Positions 1 through 11,882 are shown, counted from the first letter of the whole stretch. The stretch is 49,500 nucleotides of DNA, filler included, from Bipalium vagum (GCA_037834085.1; 3 parts of 3 records of this genome joined end to end with filler, not necessarily neighbours in it); one strand, 5' to 3'. Translations and numbers: made by a program. Notes: generated by a model from the letters alone, not told the origin.

Positions 1-528
1 AAGGACACTTTATAAAAATTTAAAAATTCAAAAATATGTTTAAATACTCATAATGTATATGATTTCTTGATATTATGTATAATTTTTTTTTCAAGACCAG
101 AAAGAAACTATAAATATTTGCAACATGATATAAGGAATTTCTTTTTAAAATTATATTTACTCAATTAAATTTTTTGTTAATCGATGACTAGTTATTTAGT
201 ACCCAAAGAACTTGTGGACATATTGTGATATTTCGAATTCAGCTACTGGTAGTAGAAAGGATGGAAATAAAGAGATTTTTTGTTTTATGTTTGTTTTGAA
301 GAAATATGAAATTGTTGAAAATTACTGTTGTATTGTTATGGACTAAATAAAGGTTTTAGACTTACACGTCTGATTTCCAGTTGTAACACCTAAATCTGCT
401 ACAAGTTCTCAAATTGCTGCATGAGGATTAAACTAGATGTAAGCTTTGATGAATTTACGGCGAATTTAATGAATGAACAAATAAGCACGTAGTGAACATG
501 CAACGTTGGTAAAAATATTTTCGCAGCG

Positions 529-609
529 GAGGTACTATTTTACTTTAACAACCCTGTTTTATAAGCAGACCAATCATAACACACAGTTGTTAAAGTAAAA
601 TAGTACCTC
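529..609. repeat. Perfect 24-bp inverted repeat with 33-nt spacer (hairpin)
   Basis: GAGGTACTATTTTACTTTAACAAC (529-552) is the exact reverse complement of 586-609. Confidence 0.9.
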
Positions 610-2106
610 ATTAATATATTGATATCTGAAATTTCCCATAATCTTCACTGACTACCAGCTTTCTCATCATTATTAAGTTTTCAATGATCACGCTATATTT
701 GGCATAATTAACATTTCTTTATAACGCCATTCATAAAAAGATTTAAGATTTGCCAAGTTTCCAGGCCATTTCAACTTTATTCAAACATCAGAAACATGTA
801 GTATGATTCACATTGATCTTTATCCATGGAGTAGCTTTGGTATTTTTTTCAATTCAACATTTAGTTGTGATGGATATCTATGATCTATGATATCTATTAT
901 CTCTAAATCAGGTATGACAACAGAAAATTGTTCAAACAATCTGCGCTTGGTTTGTGTATGAGAGCGCAAACCCTGATTTAATTTCTGTGAATTTTCTATT
1001 ATTTAGATCAACGATTTGACTTTTAAAGGAATTTTTCAAGTTGTTAACCAATTAAAAAAATTATTACATTTAAACAAGTTTATAATCCTCGAATATATAT
1101 TATACAGACATTATTTTTATATTTTAATGAAGAAATTTTGAAGTTTTATAATTTTAATTTAATTCGAGTTTATAACTAATTCACATTTTTATTTTCTAAT
1201 CATTTTGCTCATATTTTATTTAATTTCTATCTTGGTTCTTCGATCTCTTAGTCATATATAACTATATTTTTGTTATTGGAACCAATTTGCTTATTTGGCC
1301 TATCATTATTGTTGGCCATTTTAAAATTGTTTTCATTCCATATTTCTATTGATATGGTTTTCTACTTTTCGTAGGATGCACAATCAAAACTGAAATGTCA
1401 GAGTTTTTCTTGGAATCAAAATTGAAAATACAATAGGTCATATGTCAGGGTAAGCCAAGAGTGGTAAACTGTCCGTTTCAGGTGAGACTGCAGTTTATGA
1501 ATACCTTAAATATTTTCAAGCATGATTGAAAATATTTTTTTGATTGGCACCTGTGCTATGATATCTTATATTTTCAAACGTTGGTTTTCTTTTAAGAAAA
1601 AATGCCAACATTCACTTAAAAATATTTAACATTTGCAAAAGTAAAATGTGTCTTGGTGTGTTTATATTATATTCATTCTACCTAATCATGTCTCAAACTC
1701 ATAAAAAATTTTAAAAGTCGAATAAAATCTGTCATTGGTTTAAAATATAGGTTTTAAATAATTTTTTGTTCATAAATTTCTAAAAACATTCTCAAAAATC
1801 GAGAGTGAACTCTGGTATATTGACAATAAGTAAAATATTATAAAAGTGAAATTTAGTTTTTAATTTCATTACATTTTATCTTTGAATGTTTATAAGCTTC
1901 ATCGTCGATTGTTAGGTCTATACAAAATACACTTATTATTAGACAATTGATCAATACATTTAGAACTAGGACAGCCAAGTACATTCTTTCGCACTTTTCG
2001 CATTATTTTGAAATATTTATTCATTAATTATTAATTTATTTATTTATTATAATTAATTATTAAGTAATTTAAAAATATTTTTTGATATATTTTAATTAAT
2101 GTTATT

Positions 2107-2700
2107 ATGGAAAGTAAATTTAAATACAATTTTGCTCAAAAGTATTTAGTCACATATAAGAGTGAATTTTACCTTAGCAAATGATAGAAATCTCTTTTGC
2201 AATTTGTGCATGGTCAAAGTAAATCCAGAGCGAAAATCCATTGTTGAGAGTCACCGAAATAATAAAGAAGCATTTCTAAAGGATTAAAGGTTTAATTATA
2301 AACAAACCTAAACATGATTTTGTTCATTTACTAACAAACGTCTTTGTTTCTGGGGATATTTATCTGCATAAACTCCAAAATAAGGAAGCAATTGACTTAT
2401 TCGATTTTATGAATTTATGTGCTTCTAAGAGTTCCTGTTGTCTAATATCACTTAAAGCTGAATGATGAATACATATTAAAAACCTTTTATATAAGAGTTT
2501 GGTGCTTTCTTGTTCATTTACAAGGAATTCTCTGAGAATCAGAAAGTATTATTAAGAAGATCAATAGGATATTTGAATAAAAGAAAGAGCAAAAATTCCG
2601 GTATTTCAAAAAGTCATATTATAGACGAGATAGCGATATGAATCTTAAATAATTCGATCATGAGTTGAAGAAATTTTAAAAACAGTTCAAAATTGTATGA
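2107..2700 (+). mobile_element. Degenerate hAT-like transposase 5' fragment (CGGBP1-like zinc finger)
   Basis: Frameshifted translation LFCNLCMVKVNPERKSIVESHRNNKE followed by HDFVHLLTNVFVSGDIYLHKLQN resembles the CGGBP1/hAT N-terminal region; stops present. Confidence 0.5.
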
Positions 2701-3696
2701 AAACAAGATACAGTTTTTCTAAGAAAATACAATTAATAAAAGAATTCATTGAAGAATTATAGAAACAAAAATGAAACAAAAATTTCTTAATTGGAAACAA
2801 GGAGAGACTTTATATAAGACAGAGAAACCTGTAAAATCCAGAAACTGTGAAAGACATTGAACTCAATGATCTTAACATACCTATTTTCTAGTTTTCAACC
2901 AGTGATGATACCATCTCTTGCTTTTAGACACGAAAAGTTCTTGACACACATTACCCACCTCATCCAAATCATTATTGATACACCCTTTGAGAAAATGTGC
3001 CATTGGCCGAAAAGATAATAATCCTACGGAGCAAGGTGAGGAATAGATACTCGTTGTGATAAAAACTGAACATATTTCAATTATTTGATTTTTTCAAGTA
3101 TCTTTTAATAAGGTTTAAATACATTTTTACATTTCTGATAAATAATTTTTTTCATTAAATTTTGTTTATTTAAATTAATTTTAATGAAAAACACAAATAT
3201 TATTTAATTTACTTTAATATTAGGCTACACTCAATAAATTTTATTTCATAAAAATGAGGAACATTTTAAATCATATATTACATAAATATAATCTGAAAAC
3301 TAATTATTTTTAAAATGAATATTTTCAATGAAATTATTAAAATAAAAATTTAATCAATTTTTAAATTTATCAGGTTAAATTTAGGTAAAGTTGGATAATT
3401 AATAAAACTTTTTACAAAAGAAAATTATAAAAAATACAAAATTGTAAATTTTATAAATAGATAAGTACTTCTTCTTTGACTTCCATCCTATTTAAAACAA
3501 TTTTCTCTATTATTTTATCATACGAAAACATTTGTACATTTTATTAACACTTTTTGCTTTATATTCCATAAGTCAAAGTTATTTTTAATAATTTATTTCT
3601 GACATCACACATTTGAATTTTCACACAAATGTAGTCAAACCATGGGAAGTCTAGCTTTTTTAAATTTTAATAATACATACTTTTTATACATTTATA

Positions 3697-3812
3697 TTTA
3701 AATTATTGAATCAAAATTTTTAAATTATCAAATTCAATTATTTAAATGATTAATATCGATTATTTAAATTATTAAATTCGATTATTTAAGTTATTAAAAT
3801 AGATTATTTTAA
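3697..3812. repeat. ~22-bp AT-rich minisatellite, ~5 degenerate copies
   Basis: Recurrent ATTATTTAAATTATTAAATTCG-like units. Confidence 0.65.
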
Positions 3813-4396
3813 AAATATACTTTGGATTAAATTTTAATAATAATTATTGTTTTAATTATGAAATTAAAAAAATTAACATCTTTATACATCTTTATAAATA
3901 TCATTTGAAAATAAAAATCCATTTTCTGCTTAACATTCAAATAATCATAACTCATACTATTTTTGAATTTTATTAATTTTAAATTGTCATTTAATCATGA
4001 AAAAGATTAACCAGCAAAATTATTTGGATTTTAATGCAGGAACCAGTTTTTTTAGAAAACTTTATTAAGATGATCATTATAAGTTAAACTATGTAATATA
4101 ATTATAACTAAATATTCCCTATTTTATAACATCCTTTATTTATCTTTCTAATTATAAATGGATTAGAGAAAACATTTTTAATCCTCCACTAAAGACCAGA
4201 AATATTATTGTCAAACCTTTATAATTTTTTCTATTCTTAATGGTATAATTAAATAATAACAAAATTATTTCAAAAATTATTTTGCTATACATAAAAGAAA
4301 ATAATAGTATAAAAAATGAATTTTATTAAAATGAAATGTAGATTACATAACTCAGTAAATATGGCAAATGTTGATTAATAAAACAAAACGTGGAAA

Positions 4397-4491
4397 ATTC
4401 AAAATATGTCATCAATCATGATAAAACAGGTGGTGTACTTAAAAGAATTTGAAGAGGCTTCACTAAAGTACTGCACATTTTTGTATATATA
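4397..4491 (+). promoter_or_regulatory. Proximal promoter of paralog A (TATA box 4484-4491 plus motifs shared with paralog B)
   Basis: TTCAAA.TATGTCAT, AACAGGT.G, TTGAAGAGG..TCAC and TTTT.GTATATATA occur in the same order upstream of both paralogs. Confidence 0.65.
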
Positions 4492-4519
4492 CCACCTATG
4501 ATCGAAACCAAGACATAAA

Positions 4520-6536
4520 ATGTTTTATAAAATGCTTAATTACCATTTGAAAGTATTCTTTCTCTTCCTGCTCACGTTTATGGTGATTGAAAGTCTAACG
4601 CACGACCACAAATTACATCACTCCATTACAAAATGTGACAGAGATTGGGCCAGGGCTGACCTAAAATGTGACAAGAAAAGATTCACTCTACAAAAGCAAT
4701 GTAAAAGCGAAAGAAAAGAAGCTCATGAGAAATACGAAAGACGTATGCGAGCAAAGTGTGGTACTGATACCGTTGAACAATGTATCAAAATCGAAGATGA
4801 AATTCATGACGATTTGTCCAAAGATCTGGCATCCATCAGAGAACGTTGTTTCTGGAAATTGGAAAACATTGAAAAAAAGTGCAACAAGTTATTTGAAAGC
4901 ATTGAGCACAGGTGCAACGCTTTGTATGAAAGGTACGGAAAATGTGATCGAATCCGGACTCATAAAATCTTCAAGCATCGAAATCACAAACAGGACAACC
5001 ATAGCCATGAGGCTGATGGCAACAAGTATGATCATTTAAATAATAATATTAATAATTATCATAATCATGATCATTTAAGTAACTTATATATTGATAAAAA
5101 TGAAAAATATAAAGAAAAATTTCCGAATTACAATTTTGATAAATACAAAATAAATTTTACAAATGGCGATTTTTGGAAATATTTCGATAAAGACGGAAAA
5201 TTTAAATTTGNNNNNNNNNNNNNNNNNNNNNNNNNNNNNNNNNNNNNNNNNNNNNNNNNNNNNNNNNNNNNNNNNNNNNNNNNNNNNNNNNNNNNNNNNN
5301 NNNNNNNNNNATTTTGATAAATACAAAATAAATTTTACAAATGGCGATTTTTGGAAATTTTTCGATAAAGATGGAAAATTTAAATTTAATAAATATGACC
5401 TCTCCGATTTTTGGAAATTTGTCGACAAAAATGGAAAATTTAAATATGATAAATACCACTTCCCCGATTTCGGTTTTGATAAATACAAAATAAATTTTAC
5501 AAATGGCGATTTTTGGAAATATTTCGATAAAGACGGAAAATTTAAATTTGGTAAATACGACCTCTCCGATTTTTGGAAATTTTTCGATAAAAATGGAAAT
5601 TTTAAATTCAATAAATTCGATTTTCCCAATTTCGATTTTGATAAATACAAAATAAATTTTACAAATGGCGATTTTTGGAAATTTTTCGATAAAGATGGAA
5701 AATTTAAATTTGGTAAATACGACCTCTCCGATTTTTGGAAATTTTTCGATAAAGATGGAAAGTTTGAATATAATAAATTCGATTTTCCCAATTTCGATTT
5801 TGATAAATACAAAATAAATTTTACAAATGGCGATTTTTGGAAATATTTCGATAAAGATGAAAAATTTAAATATAATAAATACGACCTCTCCGATTTTTGG
5901 AAATTTTTCGATAAAGATGGAAAGTTTAAATATGATAAATACCACCTCCCTGATTTCGATTTCGATAAATATAAAGTAAATTTTACAAACAATTGGTTAA
6001 ATAATTTTGATGTTGAGAAATTTGGAAATTATAATTTTAATAAATATAAATTCCCAAAATTTGATTTTAATAAATATAAATTCCCAAAATTTGATTTTAA
6101 TAAATATAAATTCCCAAAATTTGATTTTAATAAATATAAATTCCCAAAATTTGATTTTAATAATTATAAATTCCCAAAATTTAATTTTAATAAATATAAA
6201 TTCCCAAAATTTAATTTTGATAAATATAAATTCCCAATTTTTAATTTTGATAAATATAAATTTCCAAAATATAATTTTAATAAATATAAATTCCCAAATT
6301 TTAATTTTAATAAAGTTAAAGTGGATAAAAATGAAAAGTTTCATCATGGTTATGATAATAAATTTGATTATATTAATAATGATTACTTAAATGGTCACAA
6401 TAACAATTTTGGCAAGTTTAATAACTTCGAAAAGAACAGTGATTTCCAGTTTAGCAAAGTCAAGGATTCGTTCACATTCAATAACGATAATGATCTATTT
6501 TCTGATAATGATTTCAAAAGGGAAAAACGTTCCTGA
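4520..6536 (+). CDS. Secreted Cys-rich / aromatic-Lys-Asp tandem-repeat protein, paralog A (intronless, spans N gap)
   Basis: ORFs 4520-5317 and 5163-6536 join across a 100-N gap inside a 162-bp repeat array. Hydrophobic signal peptide, 9 Cys, His-rich linker, 54-aa and 10-aa repeats; collinear with paralog B; AATAAA at 6564-6569. Second ATG (4532) aligns with the start of paralog B. Confidence 0.88.
5138..5990 (+). repeat. 162-bp (54-aa) coding tandem repeat, at least 5 units
   Basis: GATAAATA(C/T)AAA unit starts at 5138, 5316, 5478, 5640, 5802, 5964 (162-bp period after the gap). Confidence 0.92.
5211..5310. other. Assembly gap within the repeat array
   Basis: 100 N; repeat phase implies a true size of 84+162k bp. 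Confidence 0.95.
6030..6314 (+). repeat. 30-bp (10-aa FNKYKFPKFD) coding tandem repeat, ~9 units
   Basis: TTTAATAAATATAAATTCCCAAAATTTGAT repeated. Confidence 0.92.
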
Positions 6537-7958
6537 ACATTGTACATTATACTTGTCATGACGAATAAAAATTATATGTGATTGTTTGTATTTTTTAATA
6601 GTTTTGGTGATTAAAGTATTCAACTTGAAAAAAGATTATAGAACAATAGTTCAATTTTTATTAATTTAATGGAACTATTTCTATGAGTCAATTATTTAAA
6701 ATCCTTCTTTTTATAATTTTATCATCAAAATTATATTTAGTATTTCGTTTCAATTTGTTAAGTTTGTCTTTATTTTCATAATAATTGTTAAAATGACCAA
6801 CATATGTACTTAATTTTTAATTTCGAAATTTTTCAAGTTTTCCTATTTCTTAATTTTTAAATTTTTTTTCTTTTTCCCGAATGTTTCAATGTGTGTGATT
6901 TATAATTTTTTCATGAAAATTTCAAGATTTTAAATTTTACTTGGTCTTTTAACACTAATTTTAAAATTTTTATTAAAAAAAATTTTAAATCTTTTAATCA
7001 ATATAATGTATCAAAAAGTATTCATCAATATAATACAACACTTGATTTCAATTAACACTAAATTTTGATTCAATTTCGTGTCATGTATAATATAATTTTA
7101 GATCTTAAAAACGTACAAATAAAATAATCAAATAAATACAAACTTTTATAGTGAGATGGATAAAAAATAATTTCAATAGAAACTTGCATTAATAAACCAT
7201 TGATAATCTCAAAATCAATATTAAATATTAAATAATCGAAATAAAATAGTGATAAACTTTAATTGTGAATCTGTGGTACAGCAATCAGAACTTTAAAAGA
7301 TTTATTGCCTAATATATGTTGTAAAAATATGAAAAGGATATGGCATATTATTTTAATGATTAACAAATTATTCTGCCAATATATTTTGATATTTTTTGAA
7401 ATAAAATAATTTTAATGATCCAAAAATCCTTTTAAAATAATTAATAGTCAGAAAAATAGTTTAAAATTTAATGATGAAATTTAAAACACTAAAATATCGA
7501 TTATTACATTTAAGATCTAAAAATCATAATATAAATTTAACGCAGGCTTATTAATAATTTTCAACATAATTCTGCAATATATTTTAACTCATAAAAAAAT
7601 AACTTCAATTTTTGTAAAAATAATTATAAAATAAAATCCATTTTTAAAATCTTAAATTGAATCAGTTAAATTTTAAAAGAAAAAAGTTTTTTACAAATTA
7701 TCTAGATGAAATTAAAAAAATAACAATTCATTATTTTAAAATAAATAAGATATTTAAAATTGAAATAATATTAACTTCTAGATATGAAAGAAATTATGTA
7801 TATTGTCATTTTACATTTTATTCAAAACCAATTATAATAATAAATGAAAAAGCACAATGTAACTTTAATAATTTTAAAGTTAAATAGATATTTTGGAAGA
7901 AAAAATTTTCAGGATGTGGATGGAATTTTAAATATTAAATACAATTCAAATAGATTTA

Positions 7959-8184
7959 TTGGGTTGTTCGGAAAGTTACTTCGCTTCTTTATACCTATCT
8001 TTAAATCTTAATGTAAAGTAGTTGAGTCATTTTAAAGGTTGGGATAATCAAATTGCCTGGTAGTTCGCAGATAGTCTCGGACCAAAAGGGACAATACATC
8101 ATTGATTAAAATATTTATTATTAAAAAAAACTTTTGGTCTTACTTTTTACTAGAAAATGCGAAGTGACTTTCCGAAAAATCGAA
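7959..8184. mobile_element. Internally deleted mariner / MITE
   Basis: TA-flanked TIRs TTGGGTTGTTCGGAAAGTTACTTCGC ... GCGAAGTGACTTTCCGAAAAATCGAA (4 mismatches); internal remnant DQKGQYIID* typical of a mariner C-terminus. Confidence 0.75.
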
Positions 8185-9572
8185 TAAACTCATACAAACT
8201 TTTAGTGAGATCATAATATATATAATCACCATGTAAATAAACTTATATGCAAATACTTAAAATAACATTGGATAAATTTAATTATTTATTATTATAGAAT
8301 ATGCAAAATCAATAATGTATAAATTTATTTATCATGATTAAGTTCTGATTGTAAATTAAATAAAAATCATTATATAAGTTATAAAACTCATTTACAAATA
8401 GTATTTTTAAAAAAATTATATTAAATAACTTTTGAAAATTTAAAATTTATGTAAAAATAAATAATACAAAAACTTATTAAACGATTCTGATGTCTTTAAA
8501 TTTAAAGACAAAAGAGGTAATGATACATTACAATTAAATTTTAAAAAATCAAAAATATTTTTTTAGAAAAAACAGAAGAAATTAAAATAAAAAAATAGAA
8601 TTAAAGGTATAAATAAAAATATAAAAATTTGAATTGAAGAATATGATAAAGTTTAGGATTAAAATGAAATAATTAAAATAGAAAATAGATGTATAAAATC
8701 GGCTAAACATAATAGTTATCTATATTAACAAGAAAAATTTCATTAACCTCTTTTGATGATATCAGACTAATAAATAATAATGAAATAAATAATTTTTCTG
8801 GTGGATATAAAACAAAGTGTATTAACTTCAATAATTGAGCTTATAAATTGAAACTTAAATGTGGTACAATTTATATATTATATTATAATGCTAAATTAAC
8901 ATTTCATTTGTATTATTAAATTTCTAAAAAAACATAATTTTGTTGGGATCTAAAGAAAGAGATGTCTCAGCACCCGCTGTACCCTTAAAAAATTCAAAAA
9001 CAGAGATCACAAAGGAGTCAGAACCACAACAACCAACCAAGAGCTGATGGACAGTGATCCCCCACATCTCATTATTGACATGTAACAATTTATTAATTTT
9101 AGTGAATGTGCATGAAAAAGCCTTATTAGGCTTATTTTCATTTTTTATGGACTCCATATGTAATTTTATGTGTCACTTTATATTTTATCAAAAATAATAA
9201 TATTTAAATTATACATTTGTTTTTAATTAAAATAAATAAATATAAGAATAAAATAAATTGTGGGTTGAAGTTAATTAAAACTTAACCCATAAAATGAATT
9301 AAAAATATTTAAAATGAGTGATAATGGTTCAAAAAATGAAACTTACTATAAATACATTAATATGAGTGAATATTAATATGCAGGTGAATATATTTCGTAA
9401 GTTCTATAATATAAGAACTTTCCTAAAATATCAAAAACCGACATATTACTCTATTAATGGAAAGTTTTATTTTAAACCAATCAAGAGATCAGGAATGTGA
9501 AAATCAGGAGTATATAAACTCTTGGTTTTCGCATTCAATAGACACTCTAACTTCACATCGACAAGTTAGCGC

Positions 9573-9783
9573 TACTAGTAAAAGATAATATTAAATATGC
9601 TTCGGGTATTTAAAAAACATATCGATCTCTTTTGAGCAAAATTTAAATAATTAAATAGTAATCTACAATTCAGAGCAATACTCTACAATGTAGATTGCTA
9701 TTTAATTATTTAAATTTTGCTCAAAAGAGATCGATATGTTTTTTAAATACCCGAAGCATATTTAATATTATCTTTTACTAGTA
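9573..9783. repeat. 211-bp near-perfect palindrome (95-bp arms, 1 mismatch, 21-nt loop)
   Basis: 9573-9667 is the reverse complement of 9689-9783 except T9659/G9697. Confidence 0.95.
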
Positions 9784-10694
9784 ATATTAAAAAATACTCT
9801 GCAAATACTCTGCAATAAATTCTTTTTATTATATTTCTTTGTTTCCATTTTTGTTTTCTTCACATTTTTCCTATATAGAAATAAAATCAATACTTATTAG
9901 TTTCTAAAATAAATAAATCCAAAATTAGATAATAATTAGAAACTGATAAATGCGACCACTACCTAACCTCACATTGAAAATTTAAAATTTCAGTAAGGCA
10001 TGGTTGTATTTAAAATTTTTAGTTACTTTAAAAAGTCATTTAAAAGAATTTTTAATTAACATTTAAATTTGATTTTCATCTCATTAAACAAAACAGAATG
10101 GAATTAAACCTTTTAACCATAAGAAATCAGTAATAAAATAGATATTAATGTTTTTAATGAACTACCTGGAAATGATATAATATATAGAAAACAATAAAGC
10201 ATAAACAGTTTTATTAATATAAAAATTGAAAAATCAATTATTAAGTATTTAATCAAAAAAATATTCAATATCTTTTATTATAACAACTAAAAAAGTCATA
10301 TTATTTTTAAATTAAAAATTCTATTAATATTAGATCTAGATTTTAATTATGAATTAGTTTTAATATATTAACTTTAAATATCTTCTGAAGTTTGGTTAAT
10401 GTTTCATAATATCCCATTATTTAAAATATGAAATCACGTGGGATACTTATTTTTCTTCAGACTACTCGTGCCAAGAAATTAAGAGTAATATTATAAGTAA
10501 ACATGTTCCATCTTATGAAGGAATCTTAAATTATAAATAGGCACACTATCATTACTTAAATTTTTCGAATTATCAAAACACTTAAGCTGTCTTTGATTAT
10601 TCAGTAGTACGAATTTTAAAAAATAACATTTTTAAAACAACACAACAATTCATTAATACTTTTTATTCGTTATAACAAGTATAATGTACAATGT

Positions 10695-11843
10695 TCAGGA
10701 ATGCTTTCCCCTTTTGAAATCATTATCAGCAAATATATCATTATTGTCATTGAATGTGAACGAATCCTTGACTTTGTTAAACTGGAAATCATTGTTCTTT
10801 TCGAAGTTATTAAACTTGTCAAAATTGTTATTCTGACCATTTAAGTAATCATTATTAATATAATCAAATTTATTATCATAACCATGATCAAATTTTTCAT
10901 ATTTATCAACATTACCATTATCAAAGTCTGAATTTTTATCAAAATTAAAATTGCCCGTAAAATCGCCATTTGTAAAATTTACTTTATATTTATCGAAATC
11001 AAAATCGGGGAAATCGTATTTAGTATATTTAAATTTTCCATCTTTATCAAAATATTTCCAAAAATCGCCGTTTGTGAAATTTATTTTATATTTATCGTAA
11101 TCGAAATCGGGGAGGTCGTATTCATTATATTTAAATTTTCCATCTTTATCGAAATATTTCCAAAAATCGCCATTTGTGAAATTTATTTTATATTTATCAA
11201 AATCGATATCGGGGAGGTCGTATTTATTATATTTAAATTTTCCATCTTTATCGAAATAAGAAACACTTAAGGGATCATGATCATGATAATTAATATGATT
11301 TAAATGATCTTCTGAAGCATAATCAACATTACTGTGATAATCGTCATAATCAGTATAATCAATCTTATTACGGTATTTCTCACGTATCTCACTTTGGTGC
11401 TTGAATATTTTATGAGTACGGATTCGATCACATTTTCCATATTTTTCGTATTGAGCTTCACACCTCTCATCAAGACTTTTAAACAGCCAGTCACATTTGT
11501 TATCAATGTTTTCAAATTTCGAGAAGCAATGCTTTCGGATGGATTCCAGATCCTTGAGCAAATCGCCATATATTTCATCTTCGATTTTTATGCATTGTTC
11601 GACAGTTTTAGTACCACATTCCACATTCATACGTCTTTCATATCTTTCATGGGCTTCTTCTCTGTCACCTTGGCACTTCTTGTGTAAAGTAAATCTTTTC
11701 TTGTCACACTTTATGTCAGCTCTTGCCCAGTCCCTGTCGCACTTTGTAAGAGAATGGTATAATTTGTGGTTATGCTTCTGACTTTCAATGGCCACAACTA
11801 TGAACAGAAATAGGGAGAATATTTTCAAATGAAAACTAAACAT
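10695..11843 (-). CDS. Secreted Cys-rich / aromatic-Lys-Asp tandem-repeat protein, paralog B (382 aa, intronless)
   Basis: Complete ORF; signal peptide; same 9-Cys spacing as paralog A; ~3 copies of a 34-aa (102-bp) repeat; conserved tail and 3'UTR with AATAAA (10662-10667 on - strand). Confidence 0.92.
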   Translation of the reverse strand: MFSFHLKIFSLFLFIVVAIESQKHNHKLYHSLTKCDRDWARADIKCDKKRFTLHKKCQGDREEAHERYERRMNVECGTKTVEQCIKIEDEIYGDLLKDLESIRKHCFSKFENIDNKCDWLFKSLDERCEAQYEKYGKCDRIRTHKIFKHQSEIREKYRNKIDYTDYDDYHSNVDYASEDHLNHINYHDHDPLSVSYFDKDGKFKYNKYDLPDIDFDKYKINFTNGDFWKYFDKDGKFKYNEYDLPDFDYDKYKINFTNGDFWKYFDKDGKFKYTKYDFPDFDFDKYKVNFTNGDFTGNFNFDKNSDFDNGNVDKYEKFDHGYDNKFDYINNDYLNGQNNNFDKFNNFEKNNDFQFNKVKDSFTFNDNNDIFADNDFKRGKHS

Positions 11844-11882
11844 CGTTAAAAATTATTTATTTCTTGTTAGTACCACTGCACT

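Noticed and set aside
180-1060. Coding-like sequence on the - strand as possible Nanchung 3' exons
   Set aside because: Multiple stops and no TRPV motifs; unidentified decayed sequence.
5163-5317. Apparent frameshift splitting paralog A
   Set aside because: Caused by the arbitrary 100-N gap length; repeat phase restores the frame.
5138-6314. CRISPR-like regular repeats
   Set aside because: No unique spacers, eukaryotic context, repeats are in-frame coding units.
5084-6390. Long antisense and alternative-frame ORFs (5084-5992, 5202-5945, 5997-6347, 6007-6390)
   Set aside because: Shadow ORFs from stop-free tandem repeats of the real gene.
11300-11781. Overlapping short ORFs over paralog B (and 4668-5039 over A)
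   Set aside because: Alternative frames of the real CDS; conservation pattern favours the main frame.
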